The translations under genes and the position numbers were made by a program. The notes under the pieces are model-generated. The model made no database searches and was not told the origin of the DNA. It saw only the letters and a program-made list of their open reading frames with translations. This document shows positions 60,401 to 64,000 of a stretch of DNA of 64,000 nt, one piece after another; the stretch's first letter is position 1; each line of letters opens with the position of its first letter. This DNA is from Nageia nagi (taxonomy: Eukaryota > Plantae > Pinophyta): contig JBITNC010000001.1 in NCBI GenBank assembly GCA_050084985.1, positions 135,098,001 through 135,162,000 on the forward strand. Reading direction: 5' to 3'.

Positions 60401-61974
60401 AAATCTTCCGGGGGCAGGATGTAATTCAACTGAATAATAATAAAGTTCCCAAAGATTTGATTCCGTTCGAAGCATTGTTTGACAGATGCGACCAGGTAAA
60501 AAGAAGAGGTCTAAGTATAAATCCGGATAACTATAGAGAGTGTGAGGTTTTCCCGGGCAAGTCATTGAAAATCGGTACCTGTAATACCCCGGAACAAACC
60601 CACGAGATTGTGCAATTATGCAAGGCATATGTAGACGTCATTGCTTGGTCTTACGATGATTTGAAGATTTTCGACAAGTCAGTGATGCAGCATACTATTG
60701 AATTGATAGAAAACGCCAAACCAGTCAGACAGAAACAGCGGCCAGTGAATCCTAAAATCGAAGCAGCTATGAAACAAGAAGTTTTGAAATTGTATAAAGC
60801 TGGAATAATTTATCCCATTAAACACTCCACTTGGGTGGCGAACCTCGTACCGGTCCGGAAGAAAAATGGTGAGATAAGGCTGTGTGTGGATTTCCGGGGC
60901 CTGAATAAAGTATCCTTGAGAGATCATTATCCTTTGCCACCAATGGAACAAATACTCAATACCGTGGCGGGTGCCGAAAGATTCTCTTTGATAGATGGTT
61001 TCTCCGGATACAACCAGGTGTGGGTCCGGAACGAAGACCAATTTAAAACGGCTTTTACAACCAAATGGGGTACATTTGCTTTCCAGAGAATGCCTTTCGG
61101 TTTGTCTAATGCAGGAGCTACTTTCCAAAGAGCTATGGATCATGCATTTGGAGAGTTGGTGAACAAGAGCGTGGTAGTATATCTTGATGATATTACTGTG
61201 TTCTCACATAACAAAAACCTTCACGTCCAACACCTGGAACAGGTTTTCATCAAATGTAGAAGGTATGGCATATCCTTGAATCCTAAGAAATCAATTTTCG
61301 CAGTAGATGAAGGGAAGTTATTGGGTCATGTAATTTCAAAGGAAGGTTGGGCCATTGATCCAGATAGAATAAAAGCAATTAAGAACTTAGTTCTCCCATC
61401 CAATAAGAAGTCTCTACAGTCTTTTCTGGGTCAGATTAATTTTGTCAGGAGATTTGTTCAGGATTTTTCAGGCATTGTCAAACCTATTACTCAGATGCTA
61501 AAAAAGGATACACTGTTTGAGTGGACGGAAGAAGGTAAAAAGGCTTTTCAGGAAATCAAAGAAGTAATTACTGAAGCCCCGGTACTGAGAAATCCGGATT
61601 TTAGTAAGAAGTTTATTCTGTATGCATATGGTTCGGATACTAGTGTCGCTGCTATTCTGACTCAAAAGTATGAAAAGAATGAGGAATATCCCGTAGCGTT
61701 CTTCAGCCAAACTATGAATAGTTGCGAAGAGAAATATACCTTTCTCGAAAAACAAGTCTTGGCCATTGTGAAAGCTCTTGGCAAGTTGAAACATTATGTT
61801 GCTCAAAGCAAGATTTTGATTCTAACTATACATCCGGATGTCAGGTCTTATATTATGCAGGGTGAATTGGGAGAAGGGAGACCCGGTTGGATTTCAAAAA
61901 TCCTCAAATATGATGTAGAAATCCGGCCTACCAAGCTCATAAAAGGGAGAGCAAGAGTGAACTACTTTGGTTAA
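57445..61974 (+). CDS. Uninterrupted gag-protease-aRH-RT-RH polyprotein (~1509 aa), truncated before integrase
   Basis: Likely start MWTRSKTR; gag WYRGL...TWAQLAEPF; knuckle CLACNDAHEQTTC; protease LVDSGA (~59308-59325); archaeal-type RNase H WEMFFDGA..EYEAL..GDSELIV..NHEADAL (~59851-60228); RT VYLDDI (~61177-61194); degenerate native RH from ~61612; final residues RVNYFG* derive from filler/LTR. Confidence 0.9.
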   Translation: MWTRSKTRAAKEEPEFGKLDTPRRKTLIKSKSLNSVDSLKSSIKPEPSNLHTRNTFPKMANPAQNIYPEWDNGVPIALAVLHDIPANVFKTLPEFDATSEKMAYEHCVDVAGLAKIHNIQHEDVMVRLLAQSFKGKVLDWYRGLSNGSISTWAQLAEPFILEFNELGDPFSLLTQFTSIKRFEQENIPDFNIRFQKTWTRVPMPVRPQQFQALMYYLRAFPPDLSLQIQNSGVNTFPEVYRQAVYAESCLIAVGKLPSRMPMPYFPITTQQQMWRPPVISSVPPLAHFPAPVQPWSPNLPNPRAPLSLPAPPQPNVNQGVASSSEIQELRDLCRNMANQITILSRQSNARRYPYPAVEKGPHVMIENSDQGSSSGSVVGLCLACNDAHEQTTCPVHQYQEYLSGNGGISPPGVADDINQNANLINFAPADIGVFAVETRSGKRPLVFGIPERKVESQRDAGPVLSRRQDAVPGSKDKVLEKEKNAEKFPLPEIKPTPKINDQSIRKLRFPSLTKHQRKDDTLQLRESFTDSLRNKIGEPPAIPEFDIVAELKRTPARVSLFEALKIPGQIDLLKTSLIAQNEGMEKVLNLFETSKILGMGKNKPPAFYMTLEIEGYVLHNCLVDSGAATTVMPKAVCDVMGLPMTRTTTGVLQLDSTPVKTVGVIKDIVLKMHKCPSVVITQEVVVVELPPLFGLCLSREFTAKIGGYLAMDYTHYLIPCGNKRVRLNNEEISEFHVEKKEEVCAIFGEIEESDELLERLQTEDPYSMSMLNTISDMEFGNYCLMEPESFVPELTKGNFRRNEIWEMFFDGARSKNGSGVGIILKEPNGKVYKFSFRLTWLCSNNVTEYEALCLGLEQAIKMKIRCLKIKGDSELIVKQVTDKCSAKHHYLKSYRNRVWDLLEHFEALHIQSISRRFNHEADALAQMGASFDPTDDWFREKGVQLIFRPSIPDNDSFWQVFRDEAQINQFLLQQAVCHAVGEEDSEIFRGQDVIQLNNNKVPKDLIPFEALFDRCDQVKRRGLSINPDNYRECEVFPGKSLKIGTCNTPEQTHEIVQLCKAYVDVIAWSYDDLKIFDKSVMQHTIELIENAKPVRQKQRPVNPKIEAAMKQEVLKLYKAGIIYPIKHSTWVANLVPVRKKNGEIRLCVDFRGLNKVSLRDHYPLPPMEQILNTVAGAERFSLIDGFSGYNQVWVRNEDQFKTAFTTKWGTFAFQRMPFGLSNAGATFQRAMDHAFGELVNKSVVVYLDDITVFSHNKNLHVQHLEQVFIKCRRYGISLNPKKSIFAVDEGKLLGHVISKEGWAIDPDRIKAIKNLVLPSNKKSLQSFLGQINFVRRFVQDFSGIVKPITQMLKKDTLFEWTEEGKKAFQEIKEVITEAPVLRNPDFSKKFILYAYGSDTSVAAILTQKYEKNEEYPVAFFSQTMNSCEEKYTFLEKQVLAIVKALGKLKHYVAQSKILILTIHPDVRSYIMQGELGEGRPGWISKILKYDVEIRPTKLIKGRARVNYFG

Positions 61975-62014
61975 GATTGTTCCAGGCGCACATATTACAC
62001 AATCTCAATCAACA
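61957..62014 (+). repeat. 58-bp U5 tip, sole remnant of the 3' LTR
   Basis: Identical to 57240-57297 and reverse complement of 55178-55235. Confidence 0.95.
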
Positions 62015-63629
62015 ACTTCCATCAATATGTCTTCATAAGGAGCAAGAGTGAACCTACCATATACACATGAAATAATGTAATGAAATTCTTATTTGTGCTT
62101 ATATGTTGATGATATCATTTATATGGGTAGTTATTCAAATATGAATGCTGATTTCAAGAATGCTATGATCTAAGAGTTTAAAATGAAATATCTAGGCTTG
62201 ATGCATTATTTTTTTGGTATGGAGGTGTATAAAAAAGAAGGTGAGATTTTTATTTTTCAAACTAAATATGTCCATGATATGTTGAAAATATTTGGCATGG
62301 AGAATTTCAAAATAGTCCCAACACCAATAGCTCATGGTGAGTTATTTTGGAGGGATGATGAGGCTATAAAAGTTGATGTGATCACATGTAGAAGCATTGT
62401 TAGGAGATTAATATTTATCAAAAATTCAATACCTGATACTGGTTATTCTATTTCAATTATATCAAGGCATATGAGTGATGCTTTTGAAATTCACTTCAAA
62501 GCAACTAAAAGAATCCTGAGGTATGTGAAAGGTAAAACTTATTTTGGCATTCATTACTACAAGAATGATAAGGTAAAAATGGTTGGATTTAGTGATTTTG
62601 ATTGGGAAAGAGATTTAGATGATAGAAAATCTACATGCAAAATTATTTCAGTCTTAGTCTAGGAATAATAACATGGATCTCTAAAAAACAAAGTAGAATT
62701 GCTTTATCTTCTACAAAGGCTAAAGACATTGCAATTACAAGTGCTCATGCTTAAGCATTATCATTAAGAAAAGTTCTTGAAGAACTTGGTGAAAAAAATG
62801 GTCCAACAATATTATTTTGTAATAAAAATAGTGCCATTCAATTGAAAAAGAACTTAGTCCATCATAATAGATTGAAACACTTTGACATGAAGTACCACTT
62901 CATCAAGGATATGGTGGAGAAAATTTCACTAAGCTAAGACATTGTAACAACCTTGAAAATATTATTGATATTTTCACAAAAGGGGTCGTCAAAGCTCAAT
63001 TTTTGAAGATGAGGAACTCATTGGTGATCCCACTCAATATAAAATGGGATTATGTTGGAAATTGAGTCAACTTGACAAGACATTTCACCTTAATTATAGC
63101 ATTATACCCAAGTTATTGATAAAATACAATATTTTAGGGTGTTTCATTAGGAAACATAGGTGTGTTTTGTACCCAACATGTTTCACTTCTAGAATGTGGG
63201 GGTGTTTCTCAAGCATGGGTATTTTTCATCAAATCAAATACATTTTATTAGTGTTTTTGGTATTTTCCCAATTTTAGTGTGTTTTGATATTTTCTTGGAT
63301 TGTTTGACCAACATACATCATGTGGATTGTAGTTATAACCTTCAATAACTCATAGAATTATTTTGTAGTATTTTCATGAGTGATTCATAAGGATTTTACT
63401 TTGTTTTATAGCTGATTTGATAGATTATTCAAATAATGAGAATTCCATTTTCAAAATAATCATCTTTGTAATCTAGTTCTTTCATAGAATTATTAATATG
63501 TATTATTTCATTTGTTTAGTATATCAATGAGCATATTTCTCATAGAATTTAATGTTTACAATGCATAAAAATAATTTAGGCTATAAATAATGATTTTCAA
63601 TAAAGAAATACAATAAATAAAGAGCTATA

Positions 63630-63636
<7 letters not shown>

Positions 63637-63672
<36 letters not shown>
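63637..63672. repeat. (CA)n microsatellite
   Basis: Direct reading. Confidence 0.9.
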
Positions 63673-63674
<2 letters not shown>

Positions 63675-64000
63675 ACACTTATCAAGGCTATTGAAATAAT
63701 ACCAAGAAAGTGTGTACTTTATGTGAGAAGAGTGAATCAATCCTCAAAATATATGGCATAATACTTAAAGTATTGTATTGGATATGGGATGAAGTGGTGA
63801 TAGATACTCAATGAACCAAATCTATGCTTAGCATCCTTCAAATTTGTAGCTTTGGATCACAAAGTAGAATGGTGTTGATATCATGTTCATAGTTCTTTCA
63901 CAACACATATGTCATTTGTTAAGTAAGATGAAATTAAGAGAAGATGATAACATGTAACATAAGCTCATGGAAAAAGAAATTTTAGATAGGTGGCATTGAG

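Larger units (their letters stand above)
55178..62014 (+). mobile_element. Young Tat-clade (TatII-like) Ty3/gypsy insertion with U5 at both ends and integrase deleted
   Basis: Perfect TSD ACTTC (55173-55177, 62015-62019) inside copia RT (RIDGYF|HQYVF); layout inv(R-U5) 55178-55804, ATAA, LTR 55809-57297, PBS, gag-PR-aRH-RT-RH, 58-bp U5 tip 61957-62014. Confidence 0.92.
50835..63542 (+). mobile_element. Old full-length Ty1/copia element F; LTRs 50835-51326 and 63053-63542
   Basis: Diverged LTRs TGTTGGAAATTGAG...TTTCTCA; PBS TGGTATTAGAGC 51330-51341; PPT 63041-63050; TSD tagac/tagaa; decayed gag, IN (LQLVHVDICGPM), RT (NDTWELIELPKGKKCNGCKWVYKIK) and RH. Confidence 0.9.

Noticed and set aside
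61941-61956. Purine tract before the 58-bp tip read as a PPT of a mini-LTR
   Set aside because: It is pol coding sequence plus filler matching 62040-62053, and the tip does not begin at the U3 terminus.
55178-62014. DNA transposon, DIRS or Penelope element suggested by terminal inverted repeats
   Set aside because: No transposase, tyrosine recombinase or GIY-YIG domain. Gypsy gag/PR/RT, tRNA PBS, TG...CA ends and a 5-bp TSD all indicate an LTR element.

Overview
Plant nuclear DNA, probably from a gymnosperm. This is an inference from the very long TE-filled introns and a Tat retrotransposon with the PR-aRH-RT-RH order. The window holds one intact host gene: a 10-exon clade II serine carboxypeptidase-like gene (SCPL42-like, + strand, CDS 4602..37354, 466 aa, Ser/Asp/His triad intact), with a 6.5 kb intron 1 and a 23.5 kb intron 7. 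Nearly everything else is layered retroelement debris: L1-like and RTE/RTEX-like LINEs, several Ty1/copia elements, two related Ty3/gypsy elements (one a chromovirus) and solo LTRs, with four-deep nesting in intron 7. The stand-out is a young Tat-type Ty3/gypsy insertion (55178..62014, perfect ACTTC target-site duplication) inside an old copia RT. Both of its integrated ends are U5 ends. A 627-bp inverted copy of R-U5 (the sequence of minus-strand strong-stop DNA) is fused in front of a complete LTR, giving a 627-bp inverted repeat with no mismatch found by eye. Integrase and almost all of the 3' LTR were later deleted, and the junction carries a filler matching adjacent host DNA. A 3.1-kb solo LTR in intron 7 carries an array of 8 palindromic motifs and a TATA-preceded 154-aa ORF. 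All coordinates were read by eye; no alignments or database searches were run.
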